The notes below the pieces were generated by a model that was given only the letters and a program-made list of their open reading frames with translations, was not told the DNA's origin and ran no database searches. 46,286 nt of DNA from NCBI GenBank assembly GCA_964638225.1, contig CAZWYL010000003.1:1-46286 (forward strand), read 5' to 3'. This stretch comes from an uncultured Candidatus Saccharibacteria bacterium. Lineage in GTDB: Bacteria > Patescibacteriota > WWE3 > UBA101185 > UBA10185. The position numbers and the translations under genes are program-made. Positions 35,462-43,866 of this stretch are shown here, in pieces. How positions within the stretch are numbered: position 1 is the stretch's first letter; every line of letters starts with the position of its first letter.

Positions 35462-36838
35462 TCAGAATTCTATCTCTAAAAGTTCCCAAAGTTCTGGCCT
35501 TTTTCCATCATATCCCAAGGCCCATATACCCACCCCGGACAAGTCAAATTCTTTAATTAGTCTATATTTCACAGTCAAGGATTTTTTGTTTTCAAAATAA
35601 ACTTTTCTCGGTTTTTCTGCTTCTTCATCTTCATATTCATAATAGGGTACCTGTCCAAGTTCATCCCAATGAACCTCAAACTCATTTTCTTCTATGTTTT
35701 TCATTATTTCAGCGTAGCTTTGGGTTAAAGAGTCTTTAATAATCTCTATTGATTTTTCGTCTTCTCTATTCTCCTTATCCCCTTCATTTTCTTTATTATC
35801 GGAATCATCGGATTTTGTTTTCTCTTCATTATCTTCAACTTCTTCATCATTCTCTTCTTCGCTTTCATCTTCGCTTCTTTCAGTTTCTTCAAGTTCTAAT
35901 TCATCATGAATAATAACTTCTCCTTCTCCCCAATTAAATCCATAGTAGGGAACTCCTAAAATTAATTTTTGTGGAGGTGCGTAAGAGAGATAGTCCCTGA
36001 TCATAGTTCTAATGTCATACCCAGCATGAAAGCCTCTACCCCCGAGCGGAGACACCGGGGAGGCCTTATCAGCCTTAGTAACGTGAAAATCATATCCCAT
36101 TATGAAAAGTCCGTCTGCCACTTTAGCCAAAGTGGGCACATCACTTACTCGATTATTTATAAGCGAATCTGCAAATGTAGTTACAACCACCTTGGGATTG
36201 TCAAAATCCTTTTGCAGGTTAGTTTTTACAAATTTAGTAAAATTTGTATATTTTAAAGCTGTTTGTTTGTCTACCAATTGGTAGTATTCAAAATTTAAAT
36301 TCACATCTTCTATTTGATGCACATCCATTTCAATTTTTAGGTTTTTATAAAAGTTATCCCAACAGTCTCTACAATTTAAAAAGTCGGTAGATATGTCATC
36401 AACGTGAGAAATAACCGTAAGGGCTACTCTTACATCCTGTGATTTAGCCCTTTGAATGAAATTTGCAAGTCTTTGATTATTACGCCAGTTGCTGTATCCC
36501 GGATTGGGAATAGTTTCTTCGTCTGATTCTTCAGTTTTCTGAAAATTCCCTTCTTTGTCTATATGAAGGCCAAAATATGCGACGTCAGTAAGGTTATCAA
36601 GTTGGAAAGTAGCCACTTCATCTATAGTCCAATATGGTAAATAGCCATATACTGTGTAATTTTCACGTTTGCCCTTATTATCACTCACTCCTAGTGTATC
36701 TATTTGGAAAGAATCGCTAATAGGAGAAATTATTTCTGAACTAGCTGCTTTCCTCTCAAATAAGCCGGATCTCTTAAGTATATATGCGGCACCGGCTGAA
36801 GATAGAACAATTATTAAGATTAGTATTCCTCGTTTCAT
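35462..36838 (-). CDS. Secreted or anchored GH18-family glycoside hydrolase-like protein with a non-canonical catalytic motif and an acidic insert
   Basis: GYLPYW, the GH18 motif position reading EDVNLNFE, YDFH, and GVPYYGFNW...GVGIWALG. The likely start is ATG 36838 (MKRGILILII signal anchor). The ORF is open to 36883. Confidence 0.8.
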   Translation of the reverse strand: MKRGILILIIVLSSAGAAYILKRSGLFERKAASSEIISPISDSFQIDTLGVSDNKGKRENYTVYGYLPYWTIDEVATFQLDNLTDVAYFGLHIDKEGNFQKTEESDEETIPNPGYSNWRNNQRLANFIQRAKSQDVRVALTVISHVDDISTDFLNCRDCWDNFYKNLKIEMDVHQIEDVNLNFEYYQLVDKQTALKYTNFTKFVKTNLQKDFDNPKVVVTTFADSLINNRVSDVPTLAKVADGLFIMGYDFHVTKADKASPVSPLGGRGFHAGYDIRTMIRDYLSYAPPQKLILGVPYYGFNWGEGEVIIHDELELEETERSEDESEEENDEEVEDNEEKTKSDDSDNKENEGDKENREDEKSIEIIKDSLTQSYAEIMKNIEENEFEVHWDELGQVPYYEYEDEEAEKPRKVYFENKKSLTVKYRLIKEFDLSGVGIWALGYDGKRPELWELLEIEF

Positions 36839-36844
36839 ATTTTT

Positions 36845-36865
36845 ATTATACCTTAGTGATAAAAT
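36845..36865. promoter_or_regulatory. Back-to-back divergent -10 elements
   Basis: TATAAT (minus strand, 36850-36845) lies 6 nt from ATG 36838. TGaTAAAAT (plus strand, 36857-36865) lies 6 nt from ATG 36872. Confidence 0.4.
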
Positions 36866-36871
36866 GTGGTT

Positions 36872-38065
36872 ATGTTTAAGCACTTGGATTTGTGGGAAAA
36901 ATTACTAATGGTTTTTGTTATCTTGTCTGCTGTTTCAGCAGTTACATTGTATTTTTATTTTGTTAATCAAGATTATTCACCAAGTACCACAAGGAGTATA
37001 TTTAAAAAACAAATTGTAACTCCACCACCCAAGAAAGATTGTGCAAGTTCAGATGTATTTGAATATCTTGCTTATAAAGAGGTACCTGAGGATGAGGCAA
37101 AAAACAATAAATTTGGCTTATATATTTATGCGGAGAGGAGGGATTTTATGGATTTAGCTGAGGAACTAGTGAACTCCAATGGAGGTGACTGGGGATACGT
37201 ATTAATTCCTTATAATGTTAAAGATTCTGACTACGGTAAGTGGAGAGATGTTTTCTTGCGATTAAGAAGTAAACGTCTAATTCCTATTATTCAGCTATGG
37301 GATGTGGATCTTGATGACTATGAAAAGCAGACAGAACAGGCCGCTGAGTTTTTGGATTCTTTTGTTTGGCCAATTAGGCAACGTTATGTATCTGTCTACA
37401 ATGAACCAAACGATGCAAAATTTTGGCGTGGTAAAGCCGATCCTGAGCAATATGCAAAAGTTTTGGATCAGACAATTGATGTTTTTAAAGCTCAAAACTC
37501 CAATTTTTTTATGATGAATGGGGCTTTGAATATAAGTGCTAGGTCGGGGAGAGGCTATATTGATGGTTTTGAATTTATGCGAAGAATGAACGATGAGGTT
37601 CCAGGGATTTTTACGCGCTTGGATGGTTGGGCTTCTCACCCCTATCCACAGCCTAACTTTAGCGGTAGTCCTCACGATTCCGGTAGAGATAGTATAAGGG
37701 CTTACGAAACAGAACTAGATTTTTTGAAAAATTCTTTAAGCGTAGAAAAGGAACTTCCGGTTTTTATTACAGAAACAGGATGGGCCCACAACGAGGGAAT
37801 AGTTTACAATGCGTCCTATCCAAGTGTATCTGAGGTAGCGGAATATATGAAAATTGCGTTTGAAGATCATTGGTTGCCGGATGATAAAGTTCAAGCCGTG
37901 ACTCCTTTTACAATTTGGTATGCTCCTCCCTATGATCATTTCTCTTGGATTGATAAAGATCATGAGCCATATGAACACTACAACGTAGTAAAATCTCTGG
38001 AGAAGGTCGCGGGGAGGCCCGAGAGCTTAGATATTGAGGAGTTTTCTATTCTAGAGTGTGAATAG
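36872..38065 (+). CDS. Membrane-anchored clan GH-A (TIM-barrel) glycoside hydrolase-like protein
   Basis: N-terminal TM helix, VYNEPND (acid/base NEP) and VFITETGW (nucleophile Glu), spaced as in GH-A enzymes. The family is not assignable by eye. Confidence 0.6.
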   Translation: MFKHLDLWEKLLMVFVILSAVSAVTLYFYFVNQDYSPSTTRSIFKKQIVTPPPKKDCASSDVFEYLAYKEVPEDEAKNNKFGLYIYAERRDFMDLAEELVNSNGGDWGYVLIPYNVKDSDYGKWRDVFLRLRSKRLIPIIQLWDVDLDDYEKQTEQAAEFLDSFVWPIRQRYVSVYNEPNDAKFWRGKADPEQYAKVLDQTIDVFKAQNSNFFMMNGALNISARSGRGYIDGFEFMRRMNDEVPGIFTRLDGWASHPYPQPNFSGSPHDSGRDSIRAYETELDFLKNSLSVEKELPVFITETGWAHNEGIVYNASYPSVSEVAEYMKIAFEDHWLPDDKVQAVTPFTIWYAPPYDHFSWIDKDHEPYEHYNVVKSLEKVAGRPESLDIEEFSILECE

Positions 38066-38081
38066 GGAAGTTTAACCAGAT

Positions 38082-39356
38082 ATGTTTAATTTAACTACCA
38101 TTAAAGTTGCAAAAAACACTATATACCAGCTAATCGGAAAGCTGGTGAGTATGTCGATTACTGTTCTAATTACCGTTTTAGTGACTCGGAATTATGGTCC
38201 AGAAGGTTATGGAAGATTCAGCTTAATGCAAAGCTTTCCTGCTTTATTTTTTATCATTGTGGATTTTGGCTTGAATGCAATCTCTGTCAGAGAGGCAGCA
38301 AAAGACGAAACAAAGATTTACTCCTATTTTGTAAACGTTCTAATTTTACGTCTTGCCCTAGCTGCGTTTTTTATGTCAATATTGGGGGTTTTGCTTCATT
38401 TTTTTCCCTATGATCCCGGATTGATTTTTGGTATTAGATTAAGTTTGTTTTTAATTTTTACCCAAGCTCTTTATTCAACAACAAACATAATTTTTCAGTA
38501 CAAGCTGAGATATGATTTGTCTGCTTTAGGTATGTCAGGAGGTTATTTATTTATTTTGGGCACAGCTCTTTACTTAGTTTCAAGATCTTCAGCGGTAGTC
38601 TGGATTAATTTTACTTATGTTTTGGGGGGTATTCTAACCTTTCTGATTAATTTCTATTTAATTCATCGCTTGGATATTGATAAATCCTTTGAGTTTGATT
38701 TTGAGCTGATTAAGGAACTTTTTTATGCTTCTTTGCCCCTAGGGATTATGTTTGTTTTCAGCCAGATGAATTTCAAAGAAGATGCTTTGTTGATTTCTAT
38801 TTTAAGAGTTCCTGAATGGCTAAATATGACAAAAACCGAGGCCGTAGGTGTTTATTCTTTACCATATAAAGTTTTTGAGGTTTCGTTAGTTATACCGACT
38901 TTTTTTATGAACGCGGTGTATCCCATTTTAGTTAGACATATGCAGCATGGAAAGGATCGTCTAAAGGGCACCTTCTCTAAGTCTATATTATTTCTTTTTG
39001 GAGGAGGTATCGTTGTTGGAATGCTAGGTATAGTTTTTGCTCCATGGATAATTGAGTTTCTAGGTGGAAGTGATTTTGCCCAGTCAGTCAGCGTTTTGAG
39101 GATATTAGTTGGAGGTGTGTTTATTTTTTATCTTACCCAACCTTTCTCTTGGCTGATAATAACTTTGGGGAAACAAAAATATCTTCCCTATATATATTTT
39201 TTTAGTGTGATCCTTAATCTTACTTTTAATTTAATCTTTATTCCAAGATATTCTTTTTATGCTGCTGCGGGGATTACTGTAATTTCCGAATTTTTTATAT
39301 TATTGCTTCTATTTGTTTTTGCTCGTAAAGCATGGAGAGAAAAATATGCTCTTTAA
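38082..39356 (+). CDS. Oligosaccharide/polysaccharide flippase (MOP superfamily, Wzx-like)
   Basis: About 12-14 TM helices, an N-terminal KNTIYQLIGKLVS...RNYGPEGYG pattern typical of Wzx-type polysaccharide biosynthesis proteins, and an adjacent Wzy-like gene. Confidence 0.75.
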   Translation: MFNLTTIKVAKNTIYQLIGKLVSMSITVLITVLVTRNYGPEGYGRFSLMQSFPALFFIIVDFGLNAISVREAAKDETKIYSYFVNVLILRLALAAFFMSILGVLLHFFPYDPGLIFGIRLSLFLIFTQALYSTTNIIFQYKLRYDLSALGMSGGYLFILGTALYLVSRSSAVVWINFTYVLGGILTFLINFYLIHRLDIDKSFEFDFELIKELFYASLPLGIMFVFSQMNFKEDALLISILRVPEWLNMTKTEAVGVYSLPYKVFEVSLVIPTFFMNAVYPILVRHMQHGKDRLKGTFSKSILFLFGGGIVVGMLGIVFAPWIIEFLGGSDFAQSVSVLRILVGGVFIFYLTQPFSWLIITLGKQKYLPYIYFFSVILNLTFNLIFIPRYSFYAAAGITVISEFFILLLLFVFARKAWREKYAL

Positions 39357-40542
39357 ATTGGTATTTTTTCTCTGGTTTTTGGCTTTAAATTTCGGCCAGT
39401 TTTCAGCTCTGTCTAAGAGTACCTTTGGAGGTATATATTTATTCGACATATTGGCTGTTGTTTGGGTTTTTATTGGTCTATCTTATCTGTTAATCAAGAA
39501 GAAAAGCTCTTTATTTATTCCAAAGGATTATTTTTTCCTATTTGCATTTATTTTTATTGCCTTCGTTTCTTTGGTTTTTTCTTTCAGCAGGTTTTCTTTT
39601 GTGGAAATGGCTCATTCTTCTTTTTACCTTTTCCGATTTGTTATTTACTTGGCTGGGGGGATTTTGTTTTATAATTTTATTCGAGAAGAGATCTTTTCTA
39701 TGGATTTTTTGTACCTTCTTGTGGGTTTCTCGGTGGTTTTTGTATCCTTAGCCGGTTTAATTCAGCTTGTTGTTCTTCCAGATTTTACCGTTCTGGATTC
39801 TTCCTTGGGTTGGGATCCACATAAAAATCGATTAGCTTCAACTTTTTTTGATCCTAATTTTGTAGGTGCTTACCTAGTGCTTTGTTTTAGTGTTTTGCTG
39901 GCAGGAATGAAATATTTTGGTAAGTTTTTTGTCCCCCTGGTACTAATTTCTCTACTTTCAATCTTGTTAACTTTTTCAAGGAGTGCTTGGTTAATGCTAG
40001 CGATAAGTGTTTTTATTTGGGGACTTTTAAAATACCGTTTTTTGCTGTTTTTAGGGTTTTTTCTGGCGTTTTCCGCATACTTTGCCGTACCTAGAATTCA
40101 GACCAGAATTTCGGGAGTTACGGATCCGTCTGATTCAGCTCATTTTCGCTTAATTTCATGGAAAAATACGTGGGAAATAGCTAGCGATAATCTTTTTTTA
40201 GGGACAGGTTTTAATACTTTTAGATTTGTGCAAAAGGATTTTGGATTTCTAGGTGTTGATTGGGGAGGGCACGCGGGTGGTGGTTCCGATTCTAGTCTGC
40301 TTTTGGTATTGGCCACTACTGGAGTTCTAGGCCTTGTTGTTTTCATTGGTTTTTTTGCCTCTCTTTTTTTTAAAAGTCTCGCCAGCATTTCTTCTGGGTG
40401 GAGTGTTGCTTTTTTAGCTTCAATAACTGGGCTTATGGCGGAATCTTTTTTTATAAATTCGTTATTCTACCCTCAGATTCTTTTCATGTGGGGTCTGATT
40501 GTGGTGGGATTTCTGATTACTTTTTCCTGTAAAAAACCTTGA
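39346..40542 (+). CDS. O-antigen ligase/polymerase-like (Wzy_C) membrane protein
   Basis: A polytopic protein with LTFSRSAWLML and a large loop with ...HFRLISW...GTGFNTF... as in the Wzy_C family. GGAGAG lies 6 nt before ATG 39346. The ORF is open from 39313. Confidence 0.7.
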   Translation: MLFKLVFFLWFLALNFGQFSALSKSTFGGIYLFDILAVVWVFIGLSYLLIKKKSSLFIPKDYFFLFAFIFIAFVSLVFSFSRFSFVEMAHSSFYLFRFVIYLAGGILFYNFIREEIFSMDFLYLLVGFSVVFVSLAGLIQLVVLPDFTVLDSSLGWDPHKNRLASTFFDPNFVGAYLVLCFSVLLAGMKYFGKFFVPLVLISLLSILLTFSRSAWLMLAISVFIWGLLKYRFLLFLGFFLAFSAYFAVPRIQTRISGVTDPSDSAHFRLISWKNTWEIASDNLFLGTGFNTFRFVQKDFGFLGVDWGGHAGGGSDSSLLLVLATTGVLGLVVFIGFFASLFFKSLASISSGWSVAFLASITGLMAESFFINSLFYPQILFMWGLIVVGFLITFSCKKP

Positions 40543-41203
40543 TTGTTTCTTCTGTCTTATTTCCAGCAAGATCTGTTGCCTCAATTGTTATTTTAACTTC
40601 ACCCTCTTTTACCCCAAGAAGAAGAGAGAAAGAATTATCTGGTTTTTGAATGGCAACTTTGTCGTTAATTCTTATATCAGCTTCCTCATTTACTTCTCCT
40701 TTGATTACAATTCTTTCATCTAAATTTTCAATTATTTCATCGTTTTTAGGAGTTTCAATTTCAATTTCAGGTTTTTCATCATCATATCTTATTGTTATGA
40801 CATCGGATTTAGAGTTTTCGCTGTCTGCAACCTTAGCAAAAATTGTATTCTTTCCTTTATTTAGTACTACATCTGTAAATAAAAATTCTCCAGAGGTGTC
40901 TGTCAGAACTTCCTGCTTTTTAGGTCCGTTTACATAAAGTTCAATTTTGGTTTTTGGGCTGGAGAGGCCTCGTAAATTTATTTTTGTTTTGTTTACGGAT
41001 CTGGGTATCTCAATAAATATAGGCGGTGGGGTGTTTGGTTTCGGTGTTGTAATTGTTGCATTTCTGTTAACAGAAATTCTGCCGAAAAGACTCCCGATTT
41101 TTGGAGCAAACCTGATCATAATAACAACGGATGTCCCTACAAGAATTGCTAAAATTAAAATTCTCTTAGCTAAAATTTGGTTGATGCTTTTTTTATTGCT
41201 CAT
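40517..41203 (-). CDS. Membrane-anchored protein with tandem bacterial Ig-like (beta-sandwich) domains
   Basis: N-terminal TM helix followed by two ~80-aa repeats of beta-rich sequence (ELYVNG...TDTSGEF; IVIKGEV...ATDLAGN). It overlaps the galU end by 11 nt. Confidence 0.5.
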   Translation of the reverse strand: MSNKKSINQILAKRILILAILVGTSVVIMIRFAPKIGSLFGRISVNRNATITTPKPNTPPPIFIEIPRSVNKTKINLRGLSSPKTKIELYVNGPKKQEVLTDTSGEFLFTDVVLNKGKNTIFAKVADSENSKSDVITIRYDDEKPEIEIETPKNDEIIENLDERIVIKGEVNEEADIRINDKVAIQKPDNSFSLLLGVKEGEVKITIEATDLAGNKTEETIKVFYRKK

Positions 41204-42101
41204 ATTTTGGTAGTTGCTCCTTTAAATAGCGGCTTAATTTGGGAGCTAGATCTTTTCTTTCCATGGCAAATCTAAAAGTGGCTTTAAGGTAGCGCAGCGG
41301 ATCGCCGGTAGTGAGCCATTCTCCTTCTATAGGCGGGGCAATGACTGTGTTTCCTGCGTCAACAAGATTGTTCAAAATATCTGCGACCCACAACTCTCCA
41401 TCTTTGCCTGTATCTGACTCTATAGCTGCATTTATTACCTCATAAGAAAAAACAAATCTTCCGAATTGCGCCATATTTGAAGGTGCCTCTTCTGAAGGAA
41501 GTTTTTCGTGGATATGTTTTACTTCATATTTGTAAGAGGTGTTGTTTTTGTACTCTACTGACCCGTATCTGCTGATTTCTTCCTGGGGAACTTCCTGAAC
41601 TGCTAGGGTGGCAGTAGCGCCATGAGTAAGGTGTTGATCTATAAGTTGTTTCGCAACTGGTTTTCCGTTGCTAGTTAGGGTTAGATCATCTCCAAACATA
41701 TAAACAAAGGATTCATTGTCATCAATTAAATTTTTAACGCAAAGCAGGGGAGTGCCGTTCCCGTAGGGAAGATCTTTCTTCTGCCGAACGTAAATAAAAT
41801 TTGCCATATTTGCTACTTCTTGGATCTTTTCCAGACGCTCATACTTTCCAGTTTCTTCCAATTTATGTTCTAGTTCTAAATTATTATCAAAATAGTCTTC
41901 CATGATGTGTTGTCCGAAACGGGTAACGAGGATTATATCTTTAATTCCCGATTTGACAGCTTCCTCCACTAATTCGTGAATTATGGGGCGATCTATGATA
42001 GGAAGCATTTCCTTTGGTTGGGTTTTCGTTGCGGGAAGGAAGCGTGTGCCATAACCTGCTACTGCAATTACCGCCTTTGTTATTTGAGTGTGATTTTTCA
42101 T
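41193..42101 (-). CDS. galU: UTP--glucose-1-phosphate uridylyltransferase
   Basis: AVIAVAGYGTRFLPATKTQPKEMLPI, and VRQKKDLPYGNG, which resembles the GalU signature. Confidence 0.92.
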   Translation of the reverse strand: MKNHTQITKAVIAVAGYGTRFLPATKTQPKEMLPIIDRPIIHELVEEAVKSGIKDIILVTRFGQHIMEDYFDNNLELEHKLEETGKYERLEKIQEVANMANFIYVRQKKDLPYGNGTPLLCVKNLIDDNESFVYMFGDDLTLTSNGKPVAKQLIDQHLTHGATATLAVQEVPQEEISRYGSVEYKNNTSYKYEVKHIHEKLPSEEAPSNMAQFGRFVFSYEVINAAIESDTGKDGELWVADILNNLVDAGNTVIAPPIEGEWLTTGDPLRYLKATFRFAMERKDLAPKLSRYLKEQLPKYEQ

Positions 42102-42110
42102 AGCCTTGGT

Positions 42111-42119
42111 ATTATAGCA
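42111..42119 (-). promoter_or_regulatory. Extended -10 (TGcTATAAT), 9 nt upstream of the galU ATG
   Basis: The minus strand reads aaaaTGCTATAATaccaaggctATG. Confidence 0.4.
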
Positions 42120-42213
42120 TTTTTCAAGTGTAGTTAGATTGTTATTGTATTTTTCTAGCTAGGGGTGAAGGCAATGTCTGTTTAGATAACTCAGCTTTTT
42201 TAGAAAATTTAAC

Positions 42214-42289
42214 TGGAGCCGATGGTCGGGGTTGAACCGACGACCTATCCCTTACGAAGGGATTGCTCTACCAACTGAGCTACATCGGC
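42214..42289 (-). tRNA. tRNA-Thr (anticodon CGT), CCA encoded
   Basis: The reverse complement reads GCCGATGTAGCTCAGTTGGTAGAGCA-ATCCC-TTCGTAA-GGGAT-...GGTTCAACCCC...CATCGGCTCCA. It lies 10 nt downstream of the murA stop. Confidence 0.9.
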
Positions 42290-42299
42290 ACGAAATTCT

Positions 42300-43598
42300 T
42301 TAATTGAGTTTTTCAATTTTAGCCCCAAGACTTCTGAGGTTTTCAAAGAAATTGGGATGAGCTCTATATATTGTATCAATATTTGATAATTTAGTTTTAC
42401 CGGGAGCTGCCATAGCAGTCATTGTAAGCGCAACTGTTGCCCTAATTATATAAGGACAATCAATTTCCCCACCAGAATGGAGTCTACAGGGTCCCAAAAC
42501 GATTATTCTATGAGGGTCGCTCATTTCAATTTTTGCTCCAAACTTCAATAATTCCTGTACCCAAAATAGCCCGCCTTCATAAACTTTATTCCAAAAGCGC
42601 GTGGGTCCCTTTGTTTTAAGGGATAAGGATATCATAAGAGGAAGTAAATCCGCAGGGAAATAAGGCCAGGGCGCTGCTTGGATACGCGGTATGAAATTTT
42701 CAGTAAAAGATTTTTGTGGTTCAAAAGATTGGTCTTTTTCGACTATTGCGGTTGTTCCTTCGTAGTCAATTTTTACGCCTAGCTTTTCAAATTCTTTTAT
42801 AATTAATGGAAAATGTTTCGGTTCGGCATTTTTAACTTCTATCCTACCGCCTGTCATTGCACCCAATGCGAGAAAGGTTGTAATTTCATGATGGTCTGAA
42901 GATATTACAAATTCTGTTCCATGTAGATTTTTTACGCCCTGGATTTTTAGCTTGCTTGATCCTATACCTGAGATATTAGCTCCCATCCTATTTAGTAGAT
43001 TACATAAATCCTGTACATGCGGCTCTGCGGCTGCATTATTAATAACAGTAGTACCTTCCGCTAGGACTGCTGCCATTATAATATTTTCTGTTGCAGTTAC
43101 GCTTGCATAATCGGGCCACAAATTTGCTGCTTTATAACTATTTTGTAATGATAGGCTTAAAGTTGAGTTATGCTTTTCAATTCTAGCTCCTAAATCTTTA
43201 AGCAACGAAATATGTTGGTCGATTTCTCTAATTCCCAAAGTACAGCCTCCTATCTCTGTATCAATAGTTATTTTTTTAAATCTAGAAAGGATGGGTGATA
43301 TAAGTAATAGAGAAGCTCGCATACCAAGAGGGAGGCTTTGTTTATCGCCCTTTAGGCATAGATTTTTATTGTTTAATGAAATGGTATTTTTTTCTTTATC
43401 CCATTCGATCTTTGAACCCAGACTCTCCAGTAGTTCCACAATTTTTCTAACATCTAAAAGTTCCGGAACGTTTTTTAAAGTTACTGTTTCTTTGGTTAAT
43501 ATGCTGGCACAAAGAGCGGGTAATACTGAATTTTTGTTTCCCGAAGGAGTTATTGTTCCGTCTAGAGGTATGCCCCCAGTTATTTCGATCGTTTTCAT
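42300..43598 (-). CDS. murA: UDP-N-acetylglucosamine 1-carboxyvinyltransferase (canonical copy)
   Basis: PSGNKNSVLP (Lys22-Asn23), MRAS, GGCTLGIREIDQH (catalytic Cys loop), PYFPADL (Asp305) and a RAHPNFFENLRSLGAKI end. Confidence 0.92.
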   Translation of the reverse strand: MKTIEITGGIPLDGTITPSGNKNSVLPALCASILTKETVTLKNVPELLDVRKIVELLESLGSKIEWDKEKNTISLNNKNLCLKGDKQSLPLGMRASLLLISPILSRFKKITIDTEIGGCTLGIREIDQHISLLKDLGARIEKHNSTLSLSLQNSYKAANLWPDYASVTATENIIMAAVLAEGTTVINNAAAEPHVQDLCNLLNRMGANISGIGSSKLKIQGVKNLHGTEFVISSDHHEITTFLALGAMTGGRIEVKNAEPKHFPLIIKEFEKLGVKIDYEGTTAIVEKDQSFEPQKSFTENFIPRIQAAPWPYFPADLLPLMISLSLKTKGPTRFWNKVYEGGLFWVQELLKFGAKIEMSDPHRIIVLGPCRLHSGGEIDCPYIIRATVALTMTAMAAPGKTKLSNIDTIYRAHPNFFENLRSLGAKIEKLN

Positions 43599-43604
43599 TA
43601 TCTG

Positions 43605-43610
43605 ATTATA
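43605..43610 (-). promoter_or_regulatory. -10-like TATAAT, 6 nt upstream of the murA ATG
   Basis: The minus strand reads ccTATAATcagataATG. Confidence 0.4.
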
Positions 43611-43649
43611 GGATGTATTACCAGTTAGTTCAAAACTTAAATCTGAGCT

Positions 43650-43725
43650 TGGAGCGGGCGACGGGACTCGAACCCGCGACCTTCTCCTTGGGAAGGAGAC
43701 GCTCTACCAACTGAGCCACGCCCGC
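43650..43725 (-). tRNA. tRNA-Gly (anticodon CCC), CCA encoded
   Basis: The reverse complement reads GCGGGCGTGGCTCAGTTGGTAGAGCG-TCTCC-TTCCCAA-GGAGA-...GCGGGTTCGAGTCCCGTCGCCCGCTCCA. Confidence 0.9.
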
Positions 43726-43763
43726 AGGATACCTTCTAATTATAAATAATTTGCACAAATAAC

Positions 43764-43787
43764 AAAACCCCGACGATTCGGGGTTTT
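43764..43787. terminator. Intrinsic terminator hairpin flanked by A-run and T-run (potentially bidirectional)
   Basis: AAAACCCCGA-cga-TCGGGGTTTT. It lies downstream of the LysM gene on the minus strand and upstream of tRNA-Gly. Confidence 0.6.
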
Positions 43788-43866
43788 ATTAATATTGAGA
43801 GTGCAGGCAATAACTACACTCTTTAAATTTATAACAAAAAATATTCATTTTTTTATTGAGCAGCTT

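Noticed and set aside
35418-35600. A 60-aa plus-strand ORF downstream of tRNA-Val.
   Set aside because: It mostly overlaps the well-supported 3-prime end of the GH18 gene on the opposite strand. It has no Shine-Dalgarno or -10 geometry and no recognisable domain.
36866-36883. The longest-ORF starts (GTG 36866 on the plus strand, ATG 36883 on the minus strand) would make the two hydrolase genes overlap head-to-head by 18 nt.
   Set aside because: The internal ATGs (36872 and 36838) begin directly at the hydrophobic signal-anchor sequences, and each sits exactly 6 nt from a -10 box. The extensions add non-conserved residues. The longer starts are not excluded.
1120-43605. About 45 ORFs of 60-126 aa in the supplied track lie antisense to, or out of frame within, the large genes. 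Examples are 1120-1353, 5914-6240, 24877-25251, 31374-31706, 37295-37675 and 43291-43605.
   Set aside because: Each is fully embedded in a gene with unmistakable family motifs on the other strand or frame. Their translations are low-complexity (Ser, Leu, Phe, Ile rich) with no recognisable motif, as expected for shadow ORFs in AT-rich DNA.
43751-43790. CACAAATAACAAAACCCCGA next to the terminator looks like the uvrA/uvrB/lexA motif.
   Set aside because: Here the CCCCGA is simply the 5-prime half of a terminator stem that pairs with TCGGGG. I treat it as a look-alike that weakens the specificity of the motif, not as an operator.
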